From a virus: DNA of 64,000 nt. The stretch covers positions 1,839 through 65,838 of IMG/VR virus record IMGVR_UViG_3300036816_000007. One strand, given 5' to 3'. Every line of letters begins with the position of its first letter. Position 1 is the first letter of the stretch. The translations under genes and the position numbers were made by a program. Shown piece by piece: positions 1 to 8,779 of the stretch. The notes beneath the pieces were generated by a model. The model did no database searches. It worked only from the letters and a program-made list of their open reading frames with translations, and was not told where the DNA came from.

Positions 1-169
1 GTGGTCTTCTATGGCTCCGCAGGCGGGCGTAATAATGCGGAAGTATCTAGGGTTGAACACGGATAAGTACGTGGACCCGACGTTGCCGGAACGGATGCGG
101 AATCTATAGTTGTCGGAATTACGCGTCCAAGGTATAATTGGGTATATTTACCTAAGCGGAGGTGTGCGG

Positions 170-739
170 TTGAATAAGAAATTATTAATACTGTTTGGTC
201 TAGTTTTTGTTATTATTTCCGGATGTAGCGGCACGTCAAAATTTGATGAACTGAAAGCCCAAGCCGAGACTCACTATGCAAACGGAGACTACATATCGGC
301 GCTTGCCGTTTATGATAAGGCACTCGACGAAAAAGAGGACGCGGAGGTTAGAACCGAGGCAACCCGCATCAAAGGCGAGGTCGACCGTATTAAGGAAGTT
401 ACGCGAATGTACAACGGAATCAAGGACGCGGGCACTTCCGCCAAGAACATTTATACTCCAGCAGAAGCAGTTGAGTATGCGCAGACTATTAATAAGATAC
501 TAGCTGAGATGGAAGCCTTCGATGTCTCCTCAAACGATAATCCAGGATTCTATATAAGTCAGCTCGTTAAATCCAGCGACTTCACGAATGCAAAGATTAA
601 TACGGGGCTCCTTGAAGTAAACCAATCGCTAGGTATATCCGATAAGAACGCGTACGAAGCAACGCAGGAATTAATAACGGAAATGGACGCGCTATTAAAT
701 AAGTACGAATTACACAAAGGATTCGCAGCGGTCCAATAA
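170..739 (+). CDS. putative lipoprotein (moron or flanking gene)
   Basis: Part of track ORF 110..739. GGAGG lies 7 nt upstream of TTG at 170. The N-terminus LNKKLLILFGLVFVIISGC has a signal peptide and an ISGC lipobox. The gene is on the opposite strand to the phage genes. Confidence 0.6.
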   Translation: MNKKLLILFGLVFVIISGCSGTSKFDELKAQAETHYANGDYISALAVYDKALDEKEDAEVRTEATRIKGEVDRIKEVTRMYNGIKDAGTSAKNIYTPAEAVEYAQTINKILAEMEAFDVSSNDNPGFYISQLVKSSDFTNAKINTGLLEVNQSLGISDKNAYEATQELITEMDALLNKYELHKGFAAVQ

Positions 740-743
740 ACGC

Positions 744-790
744 AAAAATGGCGCAGCCCTCTACGGAATCACTCCCGCGAGAACTGCGCC
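744..790. terminator. stem-loop between the convergent lipoprotein and holin genes
   Basis: The 7-bp stem GGCGCAG (750-756) pairs with CTGCGCC (784-790). Read on the minus strand it is followed by ATTTTTG; read on the plus strand, by TCCTTTCATT. The loop is large (27 nt). Confidence 0.45.
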
Positions 791-805
791 TCCTTTCATT
801 ACGTA

Positions 806-982
806 CTATTCCGTTTTCTTAAACGTAGAGTATACGCCACTGCCGATCAATGCGTATGTTACGAGATCAACTCCGATTTGCCACGTACCGAAGTCGGGCG
901 CGACGTTATACTTTTCGAGCACTTGATACGCAAGCCCTACTGCTGCCGCGATGAACAGCGGATTAGTTAATCGTTTCTTCAT
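806..982 (-). CDS. holin, phi-LC3 / Phage_holin_1-like (58 aa, below the ORF-track cutoff)
   Basis: Hand translation gives MKKRLTNPLFIAAAVGLAYQVLEKYNVAPDFGTWQIGVDLVTYALIGSGVYSTFKKTE. It has two hydrophobic segments. The ATG lies 1 nt after the endolysin stop, and the SD AAGGAGGG sits inside the endolysin 3' end. Confidence 0.55.
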   Translation of the reverse strand: MKKRLTNPLFIAAAVGLAYQVLEKYNVAPDFGTWQIGVDLVTYALIGSGVYSTFKKTE

Positions 983-983
983 A

Positions 984-1622
984 TTATACGCCCTCCTTCG
1001 TAATCGTCACCGTTTTAGTTTTCGAATCCCACATTACCTTCGCGCCTAGTGCTTCCGCTACTGCGCGTACAGGTACGTAGGTAACGCCCTCTTCAACGTA
1101 ACCCTCTCCGACTTTCTTTCCGCCAACATTGACGGTTGCTTTTACGTCCTTCTTCACTTCCGCATCTCCCTTCGCTTCATTCCCGTAATAAGTACGCAAG
1201 TACTCAGTAGGCTCGACAACTCCGGACTCTGTTGCGGTATACCCATATTGAGGCGTGCAGGCTTTCCGTACTTCGTAATGAAGGTGTGGTCCCGTCGAAA
1301 CTCCCGTACTTCCTTGCTTGCCGACTTCCTGTCCACGTTTAACTCGCTGGCCGACCGTAACTGCAGCCGATGATAAATGCGCGTATACGTGTAGGAATCC
1401 TTTGTCGTCTTTGACCGCGACTGTGATCCCGTAGCCTCCAAAGCCTGATCCGGTAGCGCCCATCTTCGCGTGGAGGACTTCCCCCGCAACAAACGCATAA
1501 ATCGGCCCCGTTGCCGGACTGACTACGAGGTCTACCCCTCTGTGAAACTTCTTCGTCTTATGAACCGGATGAATACGGTATCCGAACGGACTTGTCAACC
1601 GATAACTTTCGAATGGATTCAT
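984..1622 (-). CDS. endolysin: M23 metallopeptidase with a C-terminal Cu-amine-oxidase-N1-like wall-binding domain
   Basis: M23 motifs HRGVDL and HLHYEV are present. The C-terminus VNVGGKKVGEGYVEEGVTYVPVRAVAEALGAKVMWDSKTKTVTITK matches the Cu_amine_oxidN1 pattern. Confidence 0.85.
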   Translation of the reverse strand: MNPFESYRLTSPFGYRIHPVHKTKKFHRGVDLVVSPATGPIYAFVAGEVLHAKMGATGSGFGGYGITVAVKDDKGFLHVYAHLSSAAVTVGQRVKRGQEVGKQGSTGVSTGPHLHYEVRKACTPQYGYTATESGVVEPTEYLRTYYGNEAKGDAEVKKDVKATVNVGGKKVGEGYVEEGVTYVPVRAVAEALGAKVMWDSKTKTVTITKEGV

Positions 1623-1623
1623 A

Positions 1624-1932
1624 TTAACGCTCCCCTTTCATTACGGATTTGATTTCCGTTACATCCAGCGACAGACCTTCGTACTGAGACGCCAACGTTT
1701 CGAACCTTCCCGTTAGATCCTCGGCCAATCGCATAAGACGTTCCTCTCTCCGCAGCGCGTCCGAATACATCTGATCCTCGCGCTCTTTGGCGGCGGCCAA
1801 CATACGGTCTTCCCGCGCCTTACCGTCGTCCTGTATACGCGCCATCTGACGCCAAAGTAAGAATCCGACAACGACGAATAGGACCGCAAATAGGCCCTCC
1901 TTAATCGCGCTATTAAATACCGCTTGCTCCAT
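1624..1932 (-). CDS. BhlA/UviB-like holin-family protein
   Basis: Internal start MEQAVFNSAIKEGLFAVLFVVVGFLLW is preceded by GGAGG. The protein has one N-terminal TM segment followed by a charged coiled coil, as in BhlA. Confidence 0.65.
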   Translation of the reverse strand: MEQAVFNSAIKEGLFAVLFVVVGFLLWRQMARIQDDGKAREDRMLAAAKEREDQMYSDALRREERLMRLAEDLTGRFETLASQYEGLSLDVTEIKSVMKGER

Positions 1933-2113
1933 CGGCCGCCTCCGTTTCCGCCTCAATCTGCGCTAGTGCCGTTCCGATTTCGTGATCTATTGCGCGGAGT
2001 ATATCCGCTTGACTGTCCGGATGGTATGCGAGGATTGCGGAGATGACTGCGGACAATTCCGGAACAGGTTGCGCCAGGTCTATCGTACATTCGAGTAACG
2101 TGCGTGATTTCAT
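1913..2113 (-). CDS. hypothetical protein, first gene of the lysis cassette
   Basis: Track ORF with an AGGAGG SD. Its end overlaps the BhlA-like start. Confidence 0.5.
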   Translation of the reverse strand: MKSRTLLECTIDLAQPVPELSAVISAILAYHPDSQADILRAIDHEIGTALAQIEAETEAADGASGI

Positions 2114-2169
2114 TTACTGCGCCTCCTATCGTGTGGTAAATTTATCTAAAAACTACGAGGTGTACCCGC

Positions 2170-2499
2170 TTGAAAACGTCTGACAAAATACTCCGCCATC
2201 TCAGCGCGAATGGCCGTACGTCCCATAAAACGTTATGTGACGAATTATTTAGCGGAGATGAAACGAAGTTCCGCGAATCACTTGCGTATCTGGAATCGAA
2301 AGGCTTCGTCAAATCGCGCCTATCAGATCAACGCACGTTACATACGTGTTTCTCTACGATTACTGATGCCGGCCTTGCGCAGCCCCTCGTAGAGAAAGAT
2401 GAGAAGTCCGCATCCAGACGGCAGTTCATCCGAGAAGTGACGATCGCCCTAATAAGCGCGGTTGCCGGAGCAGTCGTCGGTTACTTTTTAGGCTCCTAA
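2170..2499 (+). CDS. membrane-anchored winged-helix DNA-binding protein (moron)
   Basis: TTG start lies 7 nt after GAGGTG. The N-terminus is MarR-like wHTH (KILRHLSANGRTSHKTLCDEL...LAYLESKGFV). The C-terminal segment IALISAVAGAVVGYFLG is hydrophobic. It is a plus-strand gene between the tail and lysis genes. Confidence 0.55.
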   Translation: MKTSDKILRHLSANGRTSHKTLCDELFSGDETKFRESLAYLESKGFVKSRLSDQRTLHTCFSTITDAGLAQPLVEKDEKSASRRQFIREVTIALISAVAGAVVGYFLGS

Positions 2500-2588
2500 A
2501 ACAACGCCGTGAGGACGTAGGTAACAACAAGTGACGCGGAGAACGATATCCCGGCAATCGTAAGCTCGCGGCGAAATCTTTTATCCAT
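2496..2588 (-). CDS. possible 30-aa membrane peptide
   Basis: GGAGGAAAACGT precedes the ATG. The peptide MDKRFRRELTIAGISFSASLVVTYVLTALF has one TM segment. It overlaps the 3' end of the plus-strand gene by 4 nt. Confidence 0.3.
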   Translation of the reverse strand: MDKRFRRELTIAGISFSASLVVTYVLTALF

Positions 2589-2614
2589 ACGTTTTCCTCC
2601 GTTTCTACACAACG

Positions 2615-2643
2615 CAAATAAGGCCCCACCGATTGGCGAGACC
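2615..2643 (-). terminator. rho-independent terminator candidate after 2661..3221
   Basis: The minus strand reads GGTCTCGCCAATCGGTGGGGCC, a 9-bp stem with G-U pairs, followed by TTATTTG. Confidence 0.45.
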
Positions 2644-2660
2644 CTAGCGTAATTACTCGT

Positions 2661-3221
2661 TTATTTAAGCGCGGCGAGTGCGGCTTCTGCTTGCGCGATA
2701 TCTGCGTTGGCTTTCGCAATAGCCTCTTCATACTCATTGAGCGCGTCTGTTCGATCCGAATATGTCGAAGGTTCCATACCCATGGACTTATAATTCTCGA
2801 TCTCAGCAGCGATCCGATCCCGACCTTCTGTTCGAGGTTTGAGTATGTTACTCTCAATAACGCTTATCGTTTCTTGCAGCCTTTCCTTCGACCATCCCGT
2901 GTACTTAGTATCGGAAGTCTCCGTACTTACTTCTGCCTGTTTGGTTGAGTCCTCTACGTCGCTTGTCGTAACTGTAATAGTTTTTCCGCTCACTTTGATA
3001 TCCGCCCCTAACGCCTCAGATATTCCGCGAACAGGTACGTTAGCTTTCCCGTCGATAACCGCGCCTTTATCCGCGAGCTTTTTACCGTCAACAATAACGG
3101 TATATTCTCCAGTTACCTTTTTACCGACGAGTGACTTAACGCTGTCCGCAAATGCACCGGCAGTTGTCGAAAGAACGAATCCGATCAATATACCGCCGGC
3201 AATGTATGCTACTTTTTTCAT
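2661..3221 (-). CDS. secreted protein with a Cu-amine-oxidase-N1-like domain and a coiled-coil C-terminus
   Basis: Signal peptide MKKVAYIAGGILIGFVLSTTAGAFA. The domain VIVDGKKLADKGAVIDGKANVPVRGISEALGADIKVSGKTITV is paralogous to the endolysin C-terminus. Confidence 0.7.
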   Translation of the reverse strand: MKKVAYIAGGILIGFVLSTTAGAFADSVKSLVGKKVTGEYTVIVDGKKLADKGAVIDGKANVPVRGISEALGADIKVSGKTITVTTSDVEDSTKQAEVSTETSDTKYTGWSKERLQETISVIESNILKPRTEGRDRIAAEIENYKSMGMEPSTYSDRTDALNEYEEAIAKANADIAQAEAALAALK

Positions 3222-3271
3222 GCTTAACCCCTCCGCGAATTGGTGTATGGTTCATATTTCCTATACTACCA

Positions 3272-5422
3272 TTACGCGGAGGTTGTTGTGAAGGTTCCGC
3301 CACCCGTTCCTGGCTGGTTCTGGGCATTTCCGTGATTATGGTGCGCGGTGGTGACTTGGTGAGTGTGTCCTGCTGGAGATTTTGAGTTGACTGCACTCCA
3401 TAGAGAGTCGATCTGTGCCTGTAATCCATTAATCTGGTCAATCTGCAACCTATTCGTAAAGCTGACAGTTCCCTGCAACGTTATGGACCCACTCAACGCA
3501 CCTAAACGCAAATTGCTCGTACCCATCACGTGTAATTCGTTAGACACCGCATATATCAAGCCCTGCGATTGGCTTGACGTGTTATAGTACGTATGTCCGC
3601 TAATATTCGCGGAAGGGTTCGTGCCTAACGTAACGCGGCGCGCTCCTAACGAATCGTAGAATACGAAACCGTCCGGATCGAGCTCGATACGCTCACCGCT
3701 TGTTGCCGTTCGAATACGCGCACCTGTAATCGTACTGCCCGACGTAATATCCCCGCGAAACTCACCGCTCTGTGCCACCATGTGACCGCTGGAATTGACG
3801 GTAAATACACCGTTGCCGACGTTAATCGACGCGCCGACGATCGCGCCATTCGTAAAGTTAGACGAAAAGATATTCGCAGAGTTAGCGGTCAAGCGGTTCG
3901 CCGTAACGTTGCCCGCCATATCTACGCGGAACGGTGCGGAGTTAAACACCGCGTGTCCTGCCGCGATCCCGTTCGTATTTATCTGCGTGACGTTGTTGCC
4001 TGCGCCGATGAGCAACGATACGAAGCTACCGAGCTGGCCGACGATGGCAGGCGCCGCTATTCCGTTCGCATTAATCGCAGTCATTGCGGTAGCTCCGCCG
4101 TCCTTACTGAAAATGATCCCGTTGGACGTCATAATGACTTGATTGCGCGCGTCCGTCTTATCCTGGAGGACGATACCGCGCGTATCATATTTAATCTCCG
4201 TTTTCGAGTTGTGTACGTCATTGACCGCAGCCTTCGCAAACGCCTCGAATACTTCCGTCCGGATCGTCCCGTTACTAATCAGGTTGCTGACGATATTCTT
4301 CGCTTTCTCAAGGTCCGCGATAATGTCCGTCATGTCACGCAGCATCACGTTAGCAATCGTAACCTGCGAATGCTGTTCGTTACTGTACGGATACTCGATG
4401 AGCTCCGTAATACGCGCGGTTATTCCGTTCATGCCGAGCGCGGGGTCTACGCAAGTCACTGTATCGCCGAGGTCGGGCGCCGGCTCCGCGCTATCTAGCT
4501 TGTGTATGTCCGCAGCCGATACGGAGATTTCCAGCGCCGGTACTTCACTCTCGCGCAGGGCCTTACGCTGTGCTTCGAGTAAATCCGAGTACGTCGTAAT
4601 ATTCTGATCGATGAGCTCGCCGTCGTAGAACGCGTTAACGTCGGTCGCCCAATACTGCGCGTATGGCGATATCAAGTAGTTGACCGCGAGGTTTCCGTTA
4701 ACAATCGCGCCAGGAACGGAATTGAGTAGCGTCCTCTCATCCGCAGTCAGCATCGACGCAGGCTGTCCGATTAGTGTCCGGCCGTCTTTCATTTGCGCGT
4801 GCATCCGCGTAACTAACGTATTCGTATCGTCCTTAAACGAAGAGGATACGATGTTCTTGCGGATACGATACTGCAAGCCCTTGTCTACGCCGATCTTCTT
4901 ACGCAAATGGATCACGTAATTATCCGGCTCGACCTCCGCGCCATACATCGAAATTACGGCGTTCAGCGCTTCGAGTGCGTTGCCGCGTCCGAAGTCCTTA
5001 ACGTCGTGTAGCGGAAACGTATCGTCGATCGAGAACGTGTACTTACCGCCAGTGGCCGCGCTAATCGCCGTGGTAAGCTGCGAGATGTGGACGCCGTAAG
5101 CTTCGGAGATATACGACGCGTACGGATACTTATAGTCCGCGAGTTTGAACATAACGTGTGAGCACTCGATGCTTGCGGTCAACTTACGTCCATCACGCGT
5201 ACGGCTCCGGCTGTTAACGATGTAGTATTGGCCGCGCTCATCTTTAACGTGTCCTTTGAGTACGATCTTATCGAGATAGTCCGCAGACGACATCGGCACC
5301 AGGAAGGACAGCGAATAGTCCGAATTAATCCGCCTTGTCCGCTGAATATCGTATGCGTCAACGAGAATGCCGATACGCTTGCGATTCTTATCGTACGATT
5401 CGAGATATTTCTTTTGCGCCAA
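3272..5422 (-). CDS. tail-associated protein (Tal-like; phage minor structural protein / prophage-tail N-terminal region)
   Basis: 716 aa. The N-terminus YLESYDKNRKRIGILVDAYDIQRTRRINSDYSLSFLVPM is typical of the TIGR01665/Prophage_tail family. The gene sits at the end of the tail module. Confidence 0.75.
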   Translation of the reverse strand: MAQKKYLESYDKNRKRIGILVDAYDIQRTRRINSDYSLSFLVPMSSADYLDKIVLKGHVKDERGQYYIVNSRSRTRDGRKLTASIECSHVMFKLADYKYPYASYISEAYGVHISQLTTAISAATGGKYTFSIDDTFPLHDVKDFGRGNALEALNAVISMYGAEVEPDNYVIHLRKKIGVDKGLQYRIRKNIVSSSFKDDTNTLVTRMHAQMKDGRTLIGQPASMLTADERTLLNSVPGAIVNGNLAVNYLISPYAQYWATDVNAFYDGELIDQNITTYSDLLEAQRKALRESEVPALEISVSAADIHKLDSAEPAPDLGDTVTCVDPALGMNGITARITELIEYPYSNEQHSQVTIANVMLRDMTDIIADLEKAKNIVSNLISNGTIRTEVFEAFAKAAVNDVHNSKTEIKYDTRGIVLQDKTDARNQVIMTSNGIIFSKDGGATAMTAINANGIAAPAIVGQLGSFVSLLIGAGNNVTQINTNGIAAGHAVFNSAPFRVDMAGNVTANRLTANSANIFSSNFTNGAIVGASINVGNGVFTVNSSGHMVAQSGEFRGDITSGSTITGARIRTATSGERIELDPDGFVFYDSLGARRVTLGTNPSANISGHTYYNTSSQSQGLIYAVSNELHVMGTSNLRLGALSGSITLQGTVSFTNRLQIDQINGLQAQIDSLWSAVNSKSPAGHTHQVTTAHHNHGNAQNQPGTGGGTFTTTSA

Positions 5423-5442
5423 AGTTGCGCCTCCTTTCCGCG

Positions 5443-5964
5443 TTAGTAGAGATACTTGTCGCGATGCGTTACGCGAGTCCGGACAGTGCGCGCCGCTTCC
5501 GTATCACGGTACGTAATCTTATTCGCTCCATAGACGAGATCGAAGAAATCGCCGGTCATTAAGTGAAGCGCAGTATCTCCGTTAATCGTCACCGTTTGCC
5601 GCTTCGTATCAATTACGATAACGTCGCCGGGTTTGAAGTCGCCACTATACGCAATTTCGTTTACATGCGCGTGTGTTACGTTTACTACGAAATCCGTCGC
5701 CGTAGTTATAGACGCGCCAAATAACCGCTCGCGGACTAATTGCGCAAGCAGTTCGGTTGCTGTCGATATCTCCGCGTACATCGCCATCTCGCGGGTAAAT
5801 TCCGCAGATAGGTCCGTCGCGCTTTCGAACGTAACCGTAACGGGAAAGTCCACGCTGATTCGCGTAGACAAGTCCGTTGCTGATTCGACAGTTACTGTAA
5901 AGAGCGCCTCGAACGAGAGTGTCCGGTTAAAAGGAGCCCGGTTAAATGGCGCTCGATTAAACAT
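5443..5964 (-). CDS. tail protein carrying the C-terminal signature of siphovirus distal tail (Dit) proteins
   Basis: The C-terminus GDFKPGDVIVIDTKRQTVTINGDTALHLMTGDFFDLVYGANKITYRD...THRDKYLY matches the Sipho_tail C-terminal pattern. The N-terminus has an FNRAP tandem repeat. The start overlaps the upstream stop (ATGTTTAA). Confidence 0.6.
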   Translation of the reverse strand: MFNRAPFNRAPFNRTLSFEALFTVTVESATDLSTRISVDFPVTVTFESATDLSAEFTREMAMYAEISTATELLAQLVRERLFGASITTATDFVVNVTHAHVNEIAYSGDFKPGDVIVIDTKRQTVTINGDTALHLMTGDFFDLVYGANKITYRDTEAARTVRTRVTHRDKYLY

Positions 5965-6187
5965 CGGACTTGCCGCCCGCCGTCTCCGCGTATTCCTCTT
6001 CCGTGATCCAACCGTTAGTGAGAGCGCGGTCGAGGTCCACCTTGTTGTACGTGGTGGATGCGTACTCTTTAACCGGCGCGATGTAGGCGGGTATGATGTC
6101 CGGAAATGACTTCGTACCGTGGCGGAAGATTGCGGTTGAGTACGCGACTTTAAGCGAATTGATTATCGTTGCTGACGCTGTTCCCAT
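5957..6187 (-). CDS. XkdX-family-like small protein
   Basis: The motif LDRALTNGWITEEEYAETAGG resembles the XkdX signature. The gene is located after the fibre genes. Confidence 0.55.
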   Translation of the reverse strand: MGTASATIINSLKVAYSTAIFRHGTKSFPDIIPAYIAPVKEYASTTYNKVDLDRALTNGWITEEEYAETAGGKSDV

Positions 6188-6493
6188 TTACGCAGCACCT
6201 CCGTTAGCTAACGTTTCCCACAAGTCGATGACAGCGAGATTAAGCGCGGCTGTTTCCGCTTCGGCTGCGGATAGGCGCGCTTTAATCTCCGTTAATCCTT
6301 CGGCTGGCGTACCTTGCTCTGAATCAGATTTCAACGATTCGTCCAACACCGCTTTCCCGTCTTGCCAACGATAATAACCAGCATTGATTCCAATGGGAAG
6401 GGGTGTAGGAATGTCCACTTCTTGGTATCCATTGTATTCATACTCAATAATGTCCCGGATGATGTTTCCGTCCGATTTGATATAAAATTTCAC
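6188..6493 (-). CDS. hypothetical fibre-associated protein (XkdW-like position)
   Basis: 101 aa. It lies directly between the fibre gene and the XkdX-like gene. Its C-terminal helix is LSAAEAETAALNLAVIDLWE. Confidence 0.45.
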   Translation of the reverse strand: MKFYIKSDGNIIRDIIEYEYNGYQEVDIPTPLPIGINAGYYRWQDGKAVLDESLKSDSEQGTPAEGLTEIKARLSAAEAETAALNLAVIDLWETLANGGAA

Positions 6494-6503
6494 AGGGCAC
6501 CTC

Positions 6504-8357
6504 CTATTGAATTAGAGCGATAATCTTGCGGCTATCTCCGGCCGATCCTCCCTCTTTTGCGTAACCAATGACCCCAACATCTGTCTCTAACATAAGAGCA
6601 ACAATGTTACCTACCTTTGCGACTTTTTCGCTGGGTATTTTGAATACATTTACAAATGGAGCGCTATTAGAAGCAAGCGCCAAGTAACTTCCGTCAGGAG
6701 TTATCGCTAATCGGTTTGCAGATTGGCTCTTTGCATCTCTTGAATCAGTAGCCCGGTACATCTGATCTCCTCGTTGGCTATATGTTAGAATGTCTGGACT
6801 GTTGTTAGACTGGACTAAAAATAATTTCATTTTGCTTGGATGATACACAGCATCCGATGATTGAACAGGAGTTTTAGTCTGAGTATCAGGAACTTTATTA
6901 AAAACGTCTCCAGCACGCTTATATGTTGTTAAAGTAGCTCCGCCGAAATGCGTAACCGTTAGATAATTTTCGTCATATGAGAAATCAAGACCTCCACCTA
7001 GTCCAGGAGGAACTATAGAAGGGTCTGTAATCTTTGACAATACGTCACCTGAACGTTTGTAAATCAAGATATACGGGGCTACTGTGTAAGAAATTGCTAT
7101 GAATACACCCGAAGGTGAGATCGCAATATTTCTAGGTGCGCTAGAGAGCGGATTAACACTTGGGTCAGCCAGTTTTGTGAACGTATCACCAGTGCGCTTG
7201 TACACCATGAAGTAAGGTGCGACACTGAGTATCATGTAGATGTACGTCCCATCGTTAGCAGCGCGGAGGTATGCAATTGATCCGCCGGGTAACACTGTTG
7301 GGTCAGGTAACTTGGTAAACGTATCACCCGAACGCTTATAGATCATAAGGTAAGGCGCAACACCAATCCCTACATAAAGGTAATCAGCGTTTGGAGAAAA
7401 TGCTAAGGCGTTGGGTAATCCTCCAGGCAGAACGCTTGGATTTGCCAATTTAGTGAACACGTCGCCTGAGCGCTTGTATATCAACAGAAACGGAGTAGCA
7501 TTCGATCCTACAACCATGTAATCGTTTGTCATAGCTATTCCGATGCTCGCCGCAGGAGGCGCTGTCGAGAGCGCGGGCAACAGTTCTATTGGCGGAGTAT
7601 ACATCCTCACCATATCCCCTTGTGCGATATCTTCACTGTAGGTGACGGTCACTTCCGTCTGACCAGGTATTTTCACCTCCCCGCCGCCGCTATCTGCTAA
7701 AAAATCCGATCCTACTTTACGGAAGGTGTAGGGCTTCCCAACCAGTAGATCACCAGCTGCGTAGAAACTACCGTCCTGTTTTTTAAGTGGTGACGCACCT
7801 AATCCATTGATATTAAGCGTCGCTCCAGCGGCATTTGTTACGTGTGGCACAATCGTGATTCCAAATCCGTCCGGTAGCGCTGTAGGCGCAGGACTTAGCG
7901 TAGCGACATATGCCGATGCAGTTCCCGTAGTAACCGCGTATCCTGGCTGACGTATATAATTCGCAGTAACAGCGCTAATCTTTTCGTCGGTGTACGTGTT
8001 AGCACCGCCTAAAGCGTCGTCCGCGTATCCCTGCGCCCTGACGAGAGCATCCGCAATATTAGCGCGTCCCGCCTCGTAGTCATACGCGGTATGATTCCGC
8101 GCCGCCTGCGTTCCTGCCGCCCACCCTTTCGCTGTACCTTCGAATCCACGCGTACATCCAGTGAGCGTATTGCCCGTTTTCCCCGTATAGCGGATTGTCT
8201 CCGCAGTCTCATCGCTTCCCACCGTCACGAGGTTCGGAGCGGCCGGAAGCTTAGACGCATCCAGTACGTCAATACTCGTTGCGGATGCGTTAATATCTGC
8301 GGCGAGCTCCGTTCCCGGGGAATTAATCATCGCAGCGTACATCGGTAATTGCGCCAT
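6504..8357 (-). CDS. tail fibre / receptor-binding protein with a C-terminal beta-propeller
   Basis: The N-terminus IDVLDASKLPAAPNLVTVGSDETAETIRYTGKTGNTLTGCTRGFEGT is typical of Bacillales phage fibre N-termini. The C-terminal half has seven ~46-aa repeats. Confidence 0.75.
   Translation of the reverse strand: MAQLPMYAAMINSPGTELAADINASATSIDVLDASKLPAAPNLVTVGSDETAETIRYTGKTGNTLTGCTRGFEGTAKGWAAGTQAARNHTAYDYEAGRANIADALVRAQGYADDALGGANTYTDEKISAVTANYIRQPGYAVTTGTASAYVATLSPAPTALPDGFGITIVPHVTNAAGATLNINGLGASPLKKQDGSFYAAGDLLVGKPYTFRKVGSDFLADSGGGEVKIPGQTEVTVTYSEDIAQGDMVRMYTPPIELLPALSTAPPAASIGIAMTNDYMVVGSNATPFLLIYKRSGDVFTKLANPSVLPGGLPNALAFSPNADYLYVGIGVAPYLMIYKRSGDTFTKLPDPTVLPGGSIAYLRAANDGTYIYMILSVAPYFMVYKRTGDTFTKLADPSVNPLSSAPRNIAISPSGVFIAISYTVAPYILIYKRSGDVLSKITDPSIVPPGLGGGLDFSYDENYLTVTHFGGATLTTYKRAGDVFNKVPDTQTKTPVQSSDAVYHPSKMKLFLVQSNNSPDILTYSQRGDQMYRATDSRDAKSQSANRLAITPDGSYLALASNSAPFVNVFKIPSEKVAKVGNIVALMLETDVGVIGYAKEGGSAGDSRKIIALIQ
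6587..7565 (-). repeat. seven tandem ~46-aa blade-like repeats inside the fibre gene (approximate limits)
   Basis: A recurring motif appears seven times with decay: APY(L/F/I)(M/L)(I/V)YKR(S/T)GD(T/V)FTKL.DP(S/T)V.P. Confidence 0.7.
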
Positions 8358-8369
8358 CTAATCGCCTCC

Positions 8370-8768
8370 TTAGTTCGTAAACTTAACGGATGTTCCGTCC
8401 TTGAGAAACCGCGGCTTATCGCCAGTTTGGATCGTACGCGGATTGTCTACCGCTTTGGACCATAAAAGATCCCCGCCAGTCAACGCGCTTCTTAGCCCGA
8501 TATGTGTAACGAGGCCCCAATCCGCAGTCGCCGTGGGAAACTCGATATCCGCCGCGTTTTTAACCGTTTGATTGCCGCCTTCAAGCGTAGGGGCCGCGAA
8601 AGTAATCGGAATCCGTACGTAGCTGCCTCCGGTTACTTCCGAGCCTGTATCCGCCGGAGTGGGATCGGATTTATATAACGCGAGGTAAATCGTGGTGGGC
8701 GCGGTATATGGTACATTGCGCAACACATGGTTAAAGATAGCTGCCGATAGCTTATTCGAAATGTTCAA
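8370..8768 (-). CDS. conserved phage protein of the fibre cassette (function unknown)
   Basis: 132 aa. The pattern GGSYVRIPITFAAP...NAADIEFPTATADWGLVTHIGLRSALTGGDLL recalls a family that I remember as being found next to phage fibre genes. Confidence 0.5.
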   Translation of the reverse strand: MNISNKLSAAIFNHVLRNVPYTAPTTIYLALYKSDPTPADTGSEVTGGSYVRIPITFAAPTLEGGNQTVKNAADIEFPTATADWGLVTHIGLRSALTGGDLLWSKAVDNPRTIQTGDKPRFLKDGTSVKFTN

Positions 8769-8779
8769 ACTAACGCCTC

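Noticed and set aside
2-109. A partial plus-strand ORF at the left edge (...GVIMRKYLGLNTDKYVDPTLPERMRNL).
   Set aside because: It is too short and has no recognisable motif. I cannot tell whether it is phage, host or non-coding.
6504-8357. A diversity-generating retroelement acting on the repeat-rich fibre.
   Set aside because: There is no reverse transcriptase gene and no template/variable repeat pair anywhere in the window. The repeats are in-frame propeller blades.
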